Made by a program: the position numbers and the translations under genes
Part shown: positions 28,278 to 42,224 of the stretch, piece by piece
How positions within the stretch are numbered: the stretch's first letter is position 1
Layout of the letters: every line of letters starts with the position of its first letter
NCBI RefSeq assembly: GCF_009834535.1
Contig: NC_045696.1
Coordinates: 53,818,001 to 53,882,000, forward strand
Reading direction: 5' to 3'
DNA: 64,000 nucleotides
Source of the DNA: Camelus ferus
Taxonomy: Eukaryota
The notes under the pieces: generated by a model
Told to the model about the DNA's origin: nothing
Seen by the model: the letters and a program-made list of their open reading frames with translations, nothing else
Database searches by the model: none

Positions 28278-28440
28278 GGGGAGGGGAAGGTATAGCTCAG
28301 TGGTAGAATGAATGCTTTGTTTTCACAAGGTCCTTGGTTCAATCCCCAGTACCTCTATTAAATAAATAAACAAACAAACCTAATTACCTCCCACCGCCCC
28401 CCAAAAAAACTTTTTAAAAATTGCAAATAATTTTAAAAAA
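28278..28440 (+). mobile_element. Camelid tRNA-Ala-derived SINE (Vic-1 type)
   Basis: 'ggtatagctcagtggtaga...ggttcaatccccagtacctc' (A and B boxes), (AAAT/AAAC)n, 'ctaattacctccc', A-rich tail. Confidence 0.9.
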
Positions 28441-28529
28441 ACATTAAAACTGGCCCTTAATGCATTATGCAGAATACGCCTGCACTAAAAACTTTATAGG
28501 ATAACAGTTCAAAACAAGTCAGCTTACCT

Positions 28530-28745
28530 AGGCTTGAGTTGACTCTTCCAAGTGCAAACTTTGAGAATTTTGGCAAGTTACTGAGATTCTCTTATCCTGA
28601 GCTTTTCGAATTGCAAAATAGTTGTTACCACTCATAGCTCTTATCCCATGGTACTATTGTAAAAATAAATTAGATCTTGTCTGTGAAATGCATAACATAA
28701 GGTCTATTTAAGATAATATGTGTTCAATACATGCTGCTATTATTG
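28530..28745 (+). mobile_element. MIR SINE
   Basis: 'ttggcaagttact...tgttcaatacatgctgctattatt'. Confidence 0.55.
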
Positions 28746-29619
28746 GCCTACAAACCTCAAATTGTCTATTCATTTCTATACATAAAAACCTGAAAAAATA
28801 TGCAATGCACTCCTCTCTCTCTAAATCAGTCACTTTCAGATGTTTCTGTAGCTCACAATAAGGAAAAAACCCTACATAATCATCACATATGCAGACATTC
28901 ATATACACATGTATGCACACACACATTTCATGAAGACTCCCTCACTGAATGCCATGAAACCTGATAGTCTTTTATATTACTTGCTTTTCTAGTTCCTTCT
29001 TTTTTCTAAGGTACTGGTTGTGACTCACTAAGTTAACTTTAAGACTCACTAAAGGGTGTTAATCCACAATTTGAAAAACATTTCTAAATTTCTCCTTGTG
29101 TTACTCAAAATTATTACTGAATTGTGAATCTGTATCCCATTTTGTAGCATCTCAAAGATTTGCTTTATTGAATTGAACTGGGCATTATGCTTTTGGACTA
29201 TTTTGAGAGGCTTTATAAGAATTAGCCCCGTGAATTTGAGAATTTCGTGCATTTTAGGCATTTTTTGAGGGTCTGGTACAAAACCTTACACAGCACATCA
29301 TTTGCAAGGGCTTTTGTGTGTCTAGACCTTACCTGTGCTTTTTTTAAAAATGGAAACTATGTATCATACAAGGCATCAAACTCAAAGTGTCTAGTCTGCC
29401 TAAGAGAAAATAAGACAGAACTAAGAATAAGGTATAAAATAAATAAGTAAATAAGTTAATTAATTAATTTAAAGAAAAGGAGAACGTCAAAATTTTGTGT
29501 ATTGGCCTCACCACTGTCTTTATATTATTATCATGGCATATTTTTCTACATTTATTTCCCATTGTTCCAATTCCTTTTCCTATTTCTGTGGTATCATTTA
29601 TTTATTTCCATTACTAGTC

Positions 29620-30200
29620 TTTGAAGAAATGGTACAGCTGCATGAATCAAAATCTAATAGGTCAGAAGGGTATACGGTCAGAAGTCTCCTTCTCACCTCT
29701 GCCTTGCAGTCATCCAGGTCTCTCCTGAACTCAACCGAAACAATCAGTTCCCTGAAAATCTTCCTAGAGATACATAGTATCTCAGGGGACATAAAGGTAA
29801 ACTCATAAAGATCAATAAAATTATTTATGATCTGCCTGTCTAACTACCTGGCCCTTCTCTCCTCTCCCCAAAGTGTTACATATGATTCCCAATTTACTTA
29901 ATCCACGTTGAAGGTTGTTCCATATCAGTATGTGGCCTCTTCAATATTTTCCATGGCTGAATGATACCCCACTATGGATGAAAATGATTTTTTAACCAAT
30001 CTTCTACTGTAGCATGTTTAAGTTGGTTTCAATGCCATTACAGAAAATACCAGGGGAGTACATTTATATCATTTAGCACATGTGTAAGTATATTCCTAGG
30101 ACAGATTCTTAGAAGAGGAATTTATGGATGATGGATATGTGCATTTGTGTTTTTGATAACTACTGCTAAATTGCTCTCCATTCAGGTTGACCAATTTGCT
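29620..30200 (-). mobile_element. Old L1ME-type 3' region
   Basis: 'aagggtatacggtcagaagtctccttctcacctctg', 'taggacagattcttagaagaggaattt...atgtgcattt'. Confidence 0.7.
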
Positions 30201-33200
30201 CCAATGGCAACTACGATGGTATTGTATGTACATCTATAAAACCATCTCAAATCCTCTTTTAAAAATGATGTGCAATTGATATCTGATTAAGTTATTTAAA
30301 TGAAAATTAAATTTGGTTTTAGGCACAGTAAGATTTAAAAATTACACAAGCTTCCTAGTGATTATATCTTACAGAGAAAGGATGATACAAGATTAGTGGA
30401 ATATTTGGGAACCACCAACATAAAAATTACAGTTTTAATTTTGAATGGATAAGTTTACTGGATGTGTAGATGGATAGATGGATGGATGAATGGATGAATG
30501 CATGTTGAATAGGTAGATCAATAAATTAATAGACTGACTGTCAGATTAATAGATGATTCAGAGATTTCCCAGTTAGTGGTGAAGGAGAGAAAGTCAGCAC
30601 AAGAAAATTTAAAGGTGCTGATACAATATGACAAAGAGCTGGGGAGTATGTATACACCAGGGTAAGGAAAGAATCAAGAAGAAGAATCTAATGAAAGGAA
30701 AGGCCATGACGTCCAGAAATAGAGACAAAAGTCTCTGGATGTGGCCAGGGTAACAAAATGAGTGATGGGAGCAAATCAAGGCAATAAGAATGATGGAAGG
30801 CAGATTTAAGGAAATCAAAAGGCATGGTTTTCCATGGCTGTTGACTGCAAATGCTATGTTGACTCTCCAGAAATATGCCATGTGACTTAAAATATTAAAA
30901 AAAAAAGAAAATTTCCTTTCCACAATGGAGAGAACTATATGACCAATCTATATTTTCTATGTAATCATCATACAACAAAGGAAGGATATTATATGTAAAA
31001 GCAAAGATTTCAGCTGCTTTAGCCTTCATAGATGTGCAATATAATTAGCACAAAGTTCCTTAAACATCTTGTACTAATACAGCCAAATTGTTTATGGAAC
31101 GTGCCAGTTTCAAGTATGAATAGGTTAATTAAATACTGTGTAGTATTTATAAATACCAACCTGTGGTTAGTACATTTAGGAAGGCTGTTTATTGGCATGA
31201 AGGATCATCTTTCCAGCAGTTCACATCTAATGTGCAGTATTCACCAATGTGTGTTGAGATATTTACCCACATAGACAAAGATGAAAAAGGAGTTACTGTT
31301 ACTGTCATGCTTTATAATTAATATTCTAAAATATTTTAAATATTATATCCTTTACTCCTTTGAGAAGACTTTAGAGGAAAAAAATGGTATGAAAGAAAAA
31401 GAAAATAAGTCTAAGGGAGACATTAGTTGTAGAGAAATGAAGAACAAATAAAGTAACAAGAAGGAAAGATCACTAATGGAAATGAGAAACAGGACGTGCG
31501 TAAATAGCTGGGTAATAAGGAAGAGGCAAGCCCAGCACTTGATCTCTAGAAAACTTACTGTACAATAAAGGCCCTGAAGCTGGCCTCAGCCTGGCGGTAT
31601 GCAGTGAAGAGGAGGCACTGCTAGAGGCTTCCACTGCAGTGAGGAGGATGCAGGTAAGATAAATGGGAACTGACACGCCCAATCAAAGCATCACAGGAGA
31701 CAGAACACATGTAGAGATGGCCGTGTCCAAAGCTCTCATCTTACAGGTGGGCAAATTGAAATCCAGAAAGGGAAAGTGATCTGCTATTGTCATTAGACTA
31801 TCTTGCAGGAAAACTGGCCCTAAATCCCTGGACTCTAGACACTTAATCCAAAGTCAAGATCCAGTAGAGGCTACTCTCCTAAACTCCAGGCAATCTTCCC
31901 ACTTTCCCTATGACATTCTGGACCTCTCCAAATTCAATAACATCCCCTCAATCACAAATTTGATGTTTCACATGCCTGTGTAACCTGGAACAGACCTTAG
32001 AGGACTCATAGGGCAAGGCCCCATCAATCATACAGGAAAGAAAACAGAGATTCCAGAAGTTGCTCTTTGTCTACACTTAGCTAGACAGTGGTAGATTTAA
32101 CAAAATATTACTCCCCAGGGTCATTATCCATTTCTTATTTATTCCCTACAGATATGGGATAGGCATATATGTATACACACACGCACAAACACACACACTC
32201 ATTTTAATATGTATTAAATATATGCTCATTTTTGTATAGGCATAAATATATATGTACAGACATACTCCCTTTGATAGTTAATCATACATCACCTGTCAAG
32301 TTTATTTAGTAGCTCTAGGTGAACAATTTTTGTCTTCTCAAATACCTTGTAAATCCCAGGAGGCAGAAACCATTTCTTACATAGTATTTTGTCATCTCGT
32401 CCCACGAATGCCTCGGGCTTGCAGTCACCATGCAAACTGTACCTACCTAAAGCTCGGCAGACAGGTGGCTGTTTATCTCAGTCCTTACTTGGGCATGATT
32501 CTACATGGAAATTAAGCTGTGCTCCAAATGGCCCTCCAGATACTCTGCCATTTCCACCTTTGGAAGGCTGACTGACCACCTAGACGCTCACTCTGAGGAA
32601 TGCCACTTGATAAGTTGCTTTTGTACTGATTCATAATCCCCTTTTCTGTCACTTTCTTGTCTTGCATTTGCTGTCAGTTTAAGCTGGCCCAGGAGAAGTG
32701 ACTTTTACTATGTGCAGTTTCTCTGTTGTTTAATCAAATGGTGGGTGAAATCAAGGTTGGCTGCTCTAAGCTGCAGCCGAGCAGGGATTCTCAGAGGGCG
32801 GAAATGTCAGCCTACCTATTGGGAGCTATTCCAAAGCCAGCTGGAGCTGCCTCAAACAGTCTTAATTACCATTTTGTATTTTAAATGTCTCAGCCAATGT
32901 GCTTGCTTTTAAAAAAAGGTAAAATAAATAAGTTCAGGTAAACAAAAAGGAAACCCAGTAGAATGTCATTTTTCTCCAAACTTCACCCGGCAGAGGAAGC
33001 CTAAGCAAGACACTCCTCAGCGTGTTCTTTCAAAGATGGTAGTTAACTGCTCAGAGGCCCAGAGTGATATCTTCTTTTGAGGATTAATTAACACAAATCA
33101 TAGTTCAGTCCTCACCTAACTTAAATTTGCCAAGAGAGACGTTTAATTGGGTAAGGCACCCAGTTATTCGGAAATCACTCTGCAAATCAAACCCCATAAT

Positions 33201-34524
33201 CCTAGGGGTTGCCAATGACCGCATCTAGGAAATAAGCTTCCTTGAGGAGAGGGAAGAACTTTACGGCAGACTGCACACAACTTTCGCATCAGCCCCCAAT
33301 TCCCAGCATCTTTCTTCCATTGCCCTTGCCTCGATCCCACCTTTGTAACCCACTTTGTTCTGTTCGGGTTCCATACTATAGTTGTCACCAAAGTTATAAA
33401 CATAGCTGTCAGTGGAATACCACTGACCTGAGAGCACTGTGCATTTATACTATAGAAACATTCCTTTTGGACATACAGCACAAACGGACTGCAGAAGAGG
33501 CTCCAGACAGTGTTGACATTTCTCTGACTTTCAGCTTATGGTGACCATCTTAAAAATACAAACTGTAATCCTAATAACACAGTGTCACAGGAATTCACTT
33601 AGAGACTGTAAAAATCATATGTATATTTATACTGGTTGGGTGATTCTAACCAGAATTTCCTACTCTGTATTATATACAAAATTAATTTAAGGACAAAGCT
33701 TGTTTAGATCACATTTCTAACATAAAATTCAATTCTTAAGGAAGCTGTGTAGGACCAGCGGGAGGGCGGGGAAGAGGCTATCTGTAATGTTATTAAATGT
33801 GTATTGTGTTTTATTCAGTGAGAGACATTTACTATTCTTGTCATACTCCTTAGAAAAATCTGTGGGAAATGAGTTTTAAATGGAACTCATATCAAGCATG
33901 ACTTTAAAGAAGAGTGTAATTTTCAGAGGAGGCAGGAGTGGGATTGCCGTTACTGTGCATGTGCATCTGCTTGGGTGCATGCGTGTCTGTGTGTGTATTT
34001 CTGTGCATGTGTGCGTGTTTCACAAATAAACCAAACAGCCCTTCCGAAGAGCACTTCCCTTCACGACGTATACTCCGAGAGATCGAGTCTTTCCTTACTC
34101 ATATGTGAAAGTCTTTGGAATAAGTCTTTAAATTTATGACCATAGAAGAGTAGTTTTATTAATGCTTCGTCAAAATTTGTTTCAGGTGAAAAATAAAACT
34201 GCTTAATTTGTTACAGTTGATCCCAAATTATATTCACCAGTTCTCAAAAGTAAAATCTACTCTTAAAAGACAGGTTCACCACTTTTGATGATACGGGCAT
34301 AACGGGGACTGAAGTTTTATGGTATGACCTTAAGAGACCCTTCAATAATTGTTAGAGCTGTATCAGTGTCATGAAAATATGCATATAGTGTCAAAATAGG
34401 AAGCTATATGAAGGGGTCAGACTCATTAGAATATGCAAATTCTGCTTTGTGTTTGAAAAAAGGACTTCAGCCATTCTCCCCTATATTCTCACCATGTATA
34501 CAGGTGAAAAAAGGAAATTATCAT

Positions 34525-34800
34525 TCACTTATTAACATATTCATTATAATGAACATTTTTGATCATGAACTGTGTTAAGCATTATGATAAATACTGGTTG
34601 TAACAGGTGGCTGTTCATCACATGGGACCATTCTCACAGAGATCACAGAGAGCAAATAATTAAATAATCACTGTGTAAATAAATTCTGATAAAAGTTTTC
34701 AAGTGAAAATACAGTGTGCTAGGAAAACAGAATATAAGGCGACCTAAAATAGTTGGAGGGCCAGGGAAGACTCCCAGAAAAAGCAAGACAAGCTGAGGTC
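34525..34800 (-). mobile_element. L2 fragment
   Basis: antisense L2 tail 'cattcacttattaaca...'; 'ggagggccagggaagactcccagaa'. Confidence 0.55.
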
Positions 34801-34869
34801 CAGCAATGGTATTAGCCACTTTGAGTACACTGTCGCTACCTTATTTCCACAGCAGTCTCGACAATTATA

Positions 34870-35020
34870 TATTACTCACCCCATTTTATAGATGACAAAG
34901 CTGAGACTTAGGAAGATGAAGTAATTTGCCCAAACTCACACTGCTTACAAGAGGAACAATTAACATTTCAATTCATGTCTATCAGATTCTTAACTAACGC
35001 TCCTTCTGATATACCACACT
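34870..35020 (-). mobile_element. MIR SINE
   Basis: 'ccccattttatagatgacaaagctgagacttagg...gtaatttgcccaa'. Confidence 0.75.
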
Positions 35021-35479
35021 GTCTCCAACAATGCCTCACATAGTCTGGCAAATCCCGCTGCACTTATTTGCTAGCCTGCAGGGCTCCTAAGTATGTTAAA
35101 TGTCACTCCAGTTGACATTGTCTAATGGAGGTTATTTGTGCCAAGGGAATTGTGAAGATAAACCAATACAAATCGGTATTATTTTGGATGAGAGCAAATT
35201 GGTAAACTGACACAAATCCTTCTTTCTCCTTGCAGAAATCAATTTCTATGGAAAATATAGATCCCTAAGGTGTAATGAGCAGCATGGGACATGGTGGATT
35301 GTGTCACTCAAACAGATTTTGAACAGATTCTTTGGCTGACTTTGCTTCATCTCTTTTAACCAGAGTCTGCTGTCATTATTTGGCCCAGAAAAATCTGGCA
35401 CTCTTCACAGGATAAATTTATGTTCCAAAAATCCAGGAAGTTTCAGTAAAACATATACGTACTCTGTACATTTACTTCA

Positions 35480-36030
35480 ATTACACAAATATTTATTGGG
35501 CACCTTCCAAAGGCAAAGCGCTCTGTGAAGCTTCACCTCTTTCCTCCAGGAATGAACCTACCTACCATCAAGTAGGATGGCACCAGAACAACTTAAGATC
35601 TAAAGCTAAATAAATTAAGGGAGGGTGATTTAAGTGCCATCAGAACAAAGTGCCAGAAGGACTGAGCGGAAGCATAAAGAATAAAGGTTTTTGAGAGAAG
35701 TGGCATGTAGGGTAATATGGGAAGAGAAGTGTGGGTTGCGGGAAGGATAAGACCCCATTAAAGGATATGTGTGTACAGATAACTGGCTGTGGGGAAGTTC
35801 TGGGCACACTGGTGCAGAGCAATTGCATTTGATTGAAATATAGGGCAGCTGAGTTCTGGGGGAAGGAGTTGGTAGTATTGTGAAGTTATTATTTGAAGGG
35901 AATTGGAAATCTTAAAGCTTTTGAGTAAGAGATTAGTATGTTTAGAAATACACTTTAGAAAGATAAATTGGATGAAAATAGATAGAATTATTTGGATTGG
36001 AGGGAGAAGAGACAGTAAGCAAGGAGAAAA
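35480..36030 (-). mobile_element. L2 fragment
   Basis: 'acaaatatttattgggcacc' and 'tttagaaagataaattgg...tggattggagggagaaga'. Confidence 0.55.
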
Positions 36031-36214
36031 ATTGAAGATTATTAACTATTAACAAACTGAAGGAAAGGACCATGCTGACAAGAGGCAGTTAGTAGGTATT
36101 TCTATAAAGTACCATGATCTTAGCACTACTGTTATTACTAACTGTAAAACATCTGCATTTAGTTTCATTTCTTGGAAAGAAAGAAAAAAATAGCCTGAAC
36201 AGTCTGTACTAGTC

Positions 36215-36870
36215 ATTGATGAGAAACTAGAATTGTCACTCACTGTCAGTATAAATGGGTAAAACCATTGTGAAAAACTTTAACATTTTAAAACAGTATC
36301 TAACAAATCTGAATATATTTATACCTATGACTAACAATGCCACTCTTAGGTATGTCCCAAATAAATGTATACATAAAATCAAAAAAAAAAAAACATGTGT
36401 ACAAGAATGATCATAGCATTTATGAGAGTCCAATGTTCTGCTGCTTCCATGCAACACAGTTGTCCATAAACAGGGGAATGGATAAATGGATAAGTAGATT
36501 GTGCTAGATTCCACAGTGGAATACTATATAGCAATGAAAATGAATGGACAGTCACTACACAACAACATTGACCAAAAGAAGTCAGACTCGAACACAGAGA
36601 ATATTGTCCCATTCATGTAAAGTTCAAAAATGTGTCAAACTAATCTAATGGGTCAGAAATCAGAACAGCTATACTCCAGGGAGAAGATATGAGGTGATGA
36701 TTGGCAGGGGCAAGAGAGGGTTCATGATGCTAGTCAACTACTTTTTCTTGGTCTGAGTGGTGATTACCTGAGTGTGTTCTTTTTGAGAAAATTCACAAAG
36801 GTGTCCACTCATGATTTGTACATTTTCTTTATGAATGCTATACTTCAATAAAAGGTTTATGTTAAAAAGA
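36215..36870 (+). mobile_element. Old L1ME/MD 3' end
   Basis: 'gaatggataaat...gtggaatactatatagcaatgaaaatgaa...ctatacttcaataaaagg'. Confidence 0.85.
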
Positions 36871-39800
36871 AGTAACTGTTATAGAATGTTACAGAAAGGT
36901 AAAGGCATTACAGATGTGAACTGGAAGGGAGGCCAGCAAGACGCTTAGTCATTTCAAGGTCCCCTATTTCATTCATGATAGCACAGTATGGCCAAACATC
37001 TGGCACTGCAACCTTTGGAGAACCAGAAATCATTCTGGAAGATGGATAGGATTAATAATAAGCACAGAATTATCTTCTGCTCTCACACACACCCATTCAC
37101 TTGTGGGGTAATTTGTAACAGCATGAACACCAAGCATTGTTAGTTTTCCTAGCTATTTTAGCAAGTATTTGTTTACATGTGTCTTTCTCAAATGTGGGGG
37201 TTTCAAAAAAGGACAAAGAAACCGATGGTCTGACCATAAACATTCTAAATACTTGCTTTGTTTAACAATGTGCTGTCACATTCTGGCATCGTCATTTCCA
37301 TTCCAGATAATGGTTATCAATGCGTGTACTCTCATTATGAAAACAACCTACGTACGCCTTGCTGGATGGTTGAAGATCCAAAGCTGTAAGTCCCAAGTCC
37401 AGTCTGGCCCTGTTTTATGTAGTAGTTATAACTGCACTCACATGATAATGATCAATGGGTACTTCTAAATAAGTAAAAGAAAAAGTAACAAAATTTTTAA
37501 AAAATTAATGAAACTTGACTGGCACAGAAGCAGTCTGAATCACAATGGAAATATAAAATATTAGAGATTTCAATTGAAATACCAAATCTATTTTTTTCTT
37601 TTGCCCTGGCTCCAATGTGTCATTTGCAGGCTATTTGGAATCGATGCTAACGAACTGTCATCCTTGAGTTGGATTTCGGTGGATAGAGGCTGAGGAATGA
37701 GTCTAAACAGATTGTCCTCTAAGTGCAACAGTATTAGAATTTTCAGCAGAAACCCAAGACTAACAGTCACAAAAAGGAATTAAGTACCCTCTCATTACAT
37801 TGGATAACTTCCCTAAAGGCAAGTCCTTGAGCATTGAGAGGACAGTGAGTTTTCACTCCGGGGAGCAATGTCATACCTTCACTGTGCCATAGAAGATGCC
37901 TTTCTTCTGCCTTAGCTGTAAATTCATTTTTCCCTATAGTGAATCCACTTTCACTATTTAAATACAAAAACCATAATATAACAGGCTTGACATGGCACTG
38001 ATCTATTTTTTCTGGAATAGGAAGGCAATTTCTGCTGAATCAGAAGAGTCCCACCCTACATACCGATAGCCAGCTCATGATATTTTTAATTCAATATAAT
38101 GTTCATTTTGGCGCAAATATCCGCAGTAATGGAGGGGAGCGATGGCACAGACAAACCCAAATTCACAGAACATATTGATATACTTAAAATACTAGTATAT
38201 TAGATAATTTGTTAACCTATAACATACAGAACACACAAGCCACGGAGGAAGATCTGACCTACAAAAGCTGAAACAAATGGAGTTCTTTTCCCAATCAAAC
38301 TCCTGTTAATTCTTTAACCCCATTTGTATCTCTCCTCAGCCTGGTGCAGAGAACCTACCCATAATGTGCTAGCCTCCCTCATTTTCATCTTCCCAGTACT
38401 AAGGGAATTAATTGATAGTTTTGTTTTAAAAGGCTTCCTGCAGGGCTGTAGACAAGCTGGGTAAACAAAAATAAGCAAGAGAGAGTAAACTGTGTCTGTA
38501 CGCGGTATTATATCCTGCTTAATTATGTTAATAGAGACTCTAAAATAATTACGAGATGACTGTTCCTATTCATGCCACTCTACTGCTATAAAATTTACTT
38601 CCTTCTTCTAGGACTTCGTGGGCATCTACGCAGTATAGGGCTCTACTTTTTCTCCAGATTCTTCTTTTTGACTATTTAATTTGCTTGGTGGAAGGCACCA
38701 GAAGAAAAATGAAGTAAAAGAGGTAAAACCAAACCAGTTAAGAAAATATGTATTTAAACATTAGGACTTTAAAAAAAAAAAGGCTGATACCTGTACTATA
38801 TATGTCCCTATTATGGCGAAAGTTAAAGAGATGAGAATAACTTCTCCCTGGCCTTTTTGGTGAAGTTACAGAAAGAGAGAAATAATCAAATGGAAGAAGA
38901 TGATATTAAACAGTCAAAGCTTAATTACTCTTTCTTTACAGTCTGCAAATATGTTTTTCTATTACATTTTTAAAACTATGCTGAAAGCCATTTGACCTCC
39001 TTCTAACCTCTAGTCATTCACTTAAAATGTGGCATTCTATGCACTTAAAGTTTTAAAGTTTAGCAAGAGGAAGAGATATGAAAAGGGAAGGGAAAGTGTA
39101 GTGATGGAGTTGAGGGTATTTTGTGTCCCAGACACTGCCAGGTGTGCTCTATGTTCTATATTCATTTAATTTTCAGGATAAATTTACAGGAAAAGGATGA
39201 CTTGTACCAAGGCCCAGATACGTTAAATAATGTGCCCAATATCACATTGTCAACAGATGGCAAAGTTAAAGCTGTAACCAGGCTGTCTGATCCCAAAGTC
39301 CATGATTTTTCCAATGCTTGTTCCTGAAAAGTACATCTGCATTACTATATATTATCATCCAGTTTTTTATTTGTGTTATCTTTTATGCTTACGCTGCCAT
39401 GAAAACAATTAAATTTACCTTTAAATAAGATAAATATTTTATTTTAAAACCTTGAAAAACAGTTATCTCAGCAGGACACCAATAGCAGAATATAGCTTTA
39501 TTTTCAATACAAACTACCCCAAATAAGTGGCTTTATCTCTGAGATGATCTTATTTCTAGCAGTGTACAGAAGAGGAAAGGGTACAATGGCGATCATGGAG
39601 AGATCAGTGGAAGTGTCAGTCCTGGGACGGAAGATCAATTGTATACATTGTGAGTTTTCCTTGCCCAGAACCCCAGGGACTCAAATGCAGTCCTCTTCTG
39701 CTTTCAATGCCTGCTTTCTCTGCTCTTGAATAGAAGCATTTGAAAGTAGACTGACTAAAGTTCACGTCGAACTGACTCTAGCTCAGAGAGTTCAAACATT

Positions 39801-40052
39801 TCATTGAGCTAAGAACCTGGAAGGGCAAATTATTATTTTTCTTCTTTATCTAAGGCATGTGTGACTTCAAAATTAGGATGGCAAGATTTCACATACAGTA
39901 TTTTCTGCTTCCAGTCATGTCAGTTAATACTGTAATTTACTGTGTTAATGGTACCATTTGTCCCTTCTGATCTCACCCTACATGCAAGAGGTAGCAGTTT
40001 AAAAGGGGTTGCATAAACTCTCCTTCAACTAAGGGGGAGAAGTGTTGTGATT

Positions 40053-40120
40053 ATAAATAATGCACTTTGCAGAATAAATAATGCACTTTGCAGAATAAAT
40101 AATGCACTTCGCAGAATAAA
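40053..40120. repeat. 21-bp tandem repeat, 3.2 copies
   Basis: ATAAATAATGCACTTTGCAGA x2, ATAAATAATGCACTTCGCAGA, then ATAAA. Confidence 0.95.
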
Positions 40121-41832
40121 AATCAGCATCCTTAGATATCGACTCTGAAGACATTTTGGCAACCTCGATGGCACTACCATTAATAAGTGACTATAAAAAA
40201 CATGACTGAAGTACTTAATGCTATGTATCATACCACATGGTACACAATTACAGAAGTGAATTTTCATATTACTAAAATAATAGATGAGAATATAATCTGG
40301 TCGCCAACTATTAGGGATACCTGGACAAACAGACTTGCTGGCCAATTGTATATATTTCTAATCAAATTTCCCTACAATTTCAGTAGGGAAATTTTTCAAC
40401 CTTGAGCTGCAGAAACCTAAGATTACTCTAATCATCATCCCTCCTTTGTAGTTTTTCTTCTCTTTTAAAATCTGCCTTTGTTTGCCAGTCTAATCAGAGA
40501 AATCAAAAGCTGCAATTTCAAGAAGACACAAAGAGACGATATAAACTTTGATCCCGAGTATTTCTTCTTGTAGAACTACAAAAAGCAGTTTCAAGTCTTA
40601 CAAATTCTCTTTGCCAATGATGATTAGAAGCCCTGTGAGTGCCACCGTAATTGCTCTATCATCGTATCTATAATATTCAACCTGGTTTATGCATACAATC
40701 TATATTCTAATAGCAGTCAACAGGTCACAAGTTAATAAAAATACCATTAGCATCCCCCTGTGACTAAGGAAAAGAGATATTCATCTCGGTAGGCCACAGC
40801 AGGCCCATATAATTTCCTTGGCTGTTAGTGTAATTAACTGCACTGGCCTGCGGGTTTCCCTGGAGGACAGAGCAGGTACAGGATGACCTTGAAGCGTGGT
40901 CTCATTGGCATTGTGCCAGAGGGCGCAGACTGTCAAGAGTCTCGGTCAGCCCTGAATGACATTCTCAGGAAGATGCCTGCTGATGTCACCTTGCTGGACA
41001 CCATTTGCACAGTTTCTGTTTTCTCAGGTACTGTGCATGGAAGCATGGAAACTTGTGATAGTTGTCAAGTTGCTAGTTTTCCTATGACATCTCCAGCCGC
41101 TCTTTTTGTCCCCTCTTTCCAAGCCCAAAACTTACAACTTTGTTTTCCTCTAGACGCAACACACCTTCCTGCTTTGCGAATCTCTCCTTTACCTAATCAA
41201 AAGACAAAAGGCATTGACACCAACTTCTAAACATTACCAACACTCTATCACACTTAAGTCTTCTTATGCTTTTGAATTTTTAAACCTATTTTTTAAATGG
41301 CTAGAAAATGCTTTTTTCTCATTAAAAGATGAAAAATGGGGATCTGAGGAAAGTGAAGGAATGTTGCCACTAGTCTCTGAGATGCCACCTACTAACCTCC
41401 CTAGTAAATGTGCTTTAGTGACGTCTGCAGCTGCACGTGGGGACTGGGGAACTGGGCCAGGAAAGCCATGGAGATGTCTACACGCATGTTTTTTTTTTTT
41501 CTCCCCTCAATCATAGCTCTACTGTTTCAATATGGAGATCTCACTGGTCAGCTTCTTACTGAAAAATGTTCAAGGTACAAAAATGCAGCAAATGATATTA
41601 TGAACACATCTATCACCTTCATTTGGTTTTACTTATTTAACATTTTGCCATGTTAGCTCCTGATCTCTTTCTTTAAAGAAATAAAATAGTACAGATATAG
41701 ATGACATTTCTTCACTTCCACCCTGGAAGATAATCTCTCTCCTGAAGTTTTCTATTGGTAAAGTGCTTTAACTGGTAAGAAGCCTGCAGTTGAGTTCTTC
41801 ATGCTTTTAAAGTTTATAAGGGATAGCGCCCC

Positions 41833-42217
41833 GGTTTGAGGATGGATTGTGTCCCCTCCAAATTTATGTGTTGAAGCCCTAACCCCCAGAACCTTGGAAT
41901 GTGAACGTATTTAGAGATAGGGCCTTTAAGGAGATGATGAAGATAAAGAGACTGTTATGGTGTGGCCTAATCAATCGAACTGATGACCTTAAAAGAGGAA
42001 GAAATACCAGAGAGGCGCACAGAGAAAAAACCATGTGAGGACGCAGTAAGAAGGCGGCCATGTGCAAGCCAAGCAGAGAGGCCTCCGAAGAGACCACACC
42101 TGCCAATACCTTGACCCTGGACTTCTAGCCTCACACAACTGTGAGAAAATAAATAACTGTTGTATGAGTCACCCAAGCCGTGGTACTCTGTCATGGCAAT
42201 CCTAGCAGACTAACACA
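41833..42217 (+). mobile_element. MLT1A/B-type (ERVL-MaLR) solo LTR
   Basis: 'attgtgtcccctccaaatttatgtgttgaagccctaaccccc...ctgtgagaaaataaat...gcagactaacaca'; TSD GCCCC/ACCCC. Confidence 0.9.
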
Positions 42218-42224
42218 ACCCCCT

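Noticed and set aside
28278..28360. tRNA-Ala gene (also at 51730, 53500, 53723, 59356)
   Set aside because: Diverged stems plus SINE body, tail and TSDs: these are SINE heads
35215..35275. Exon after the strong acceptor 'ccttctttctccttgcag'
   Set aside because: No convincing donor (AG|GTGTAA) and no recognisable peptide
40053..40120. CRISPR-like array
   Set aside because: Direct tandem repeat with no spacers, eukaryotic context, no cas genes
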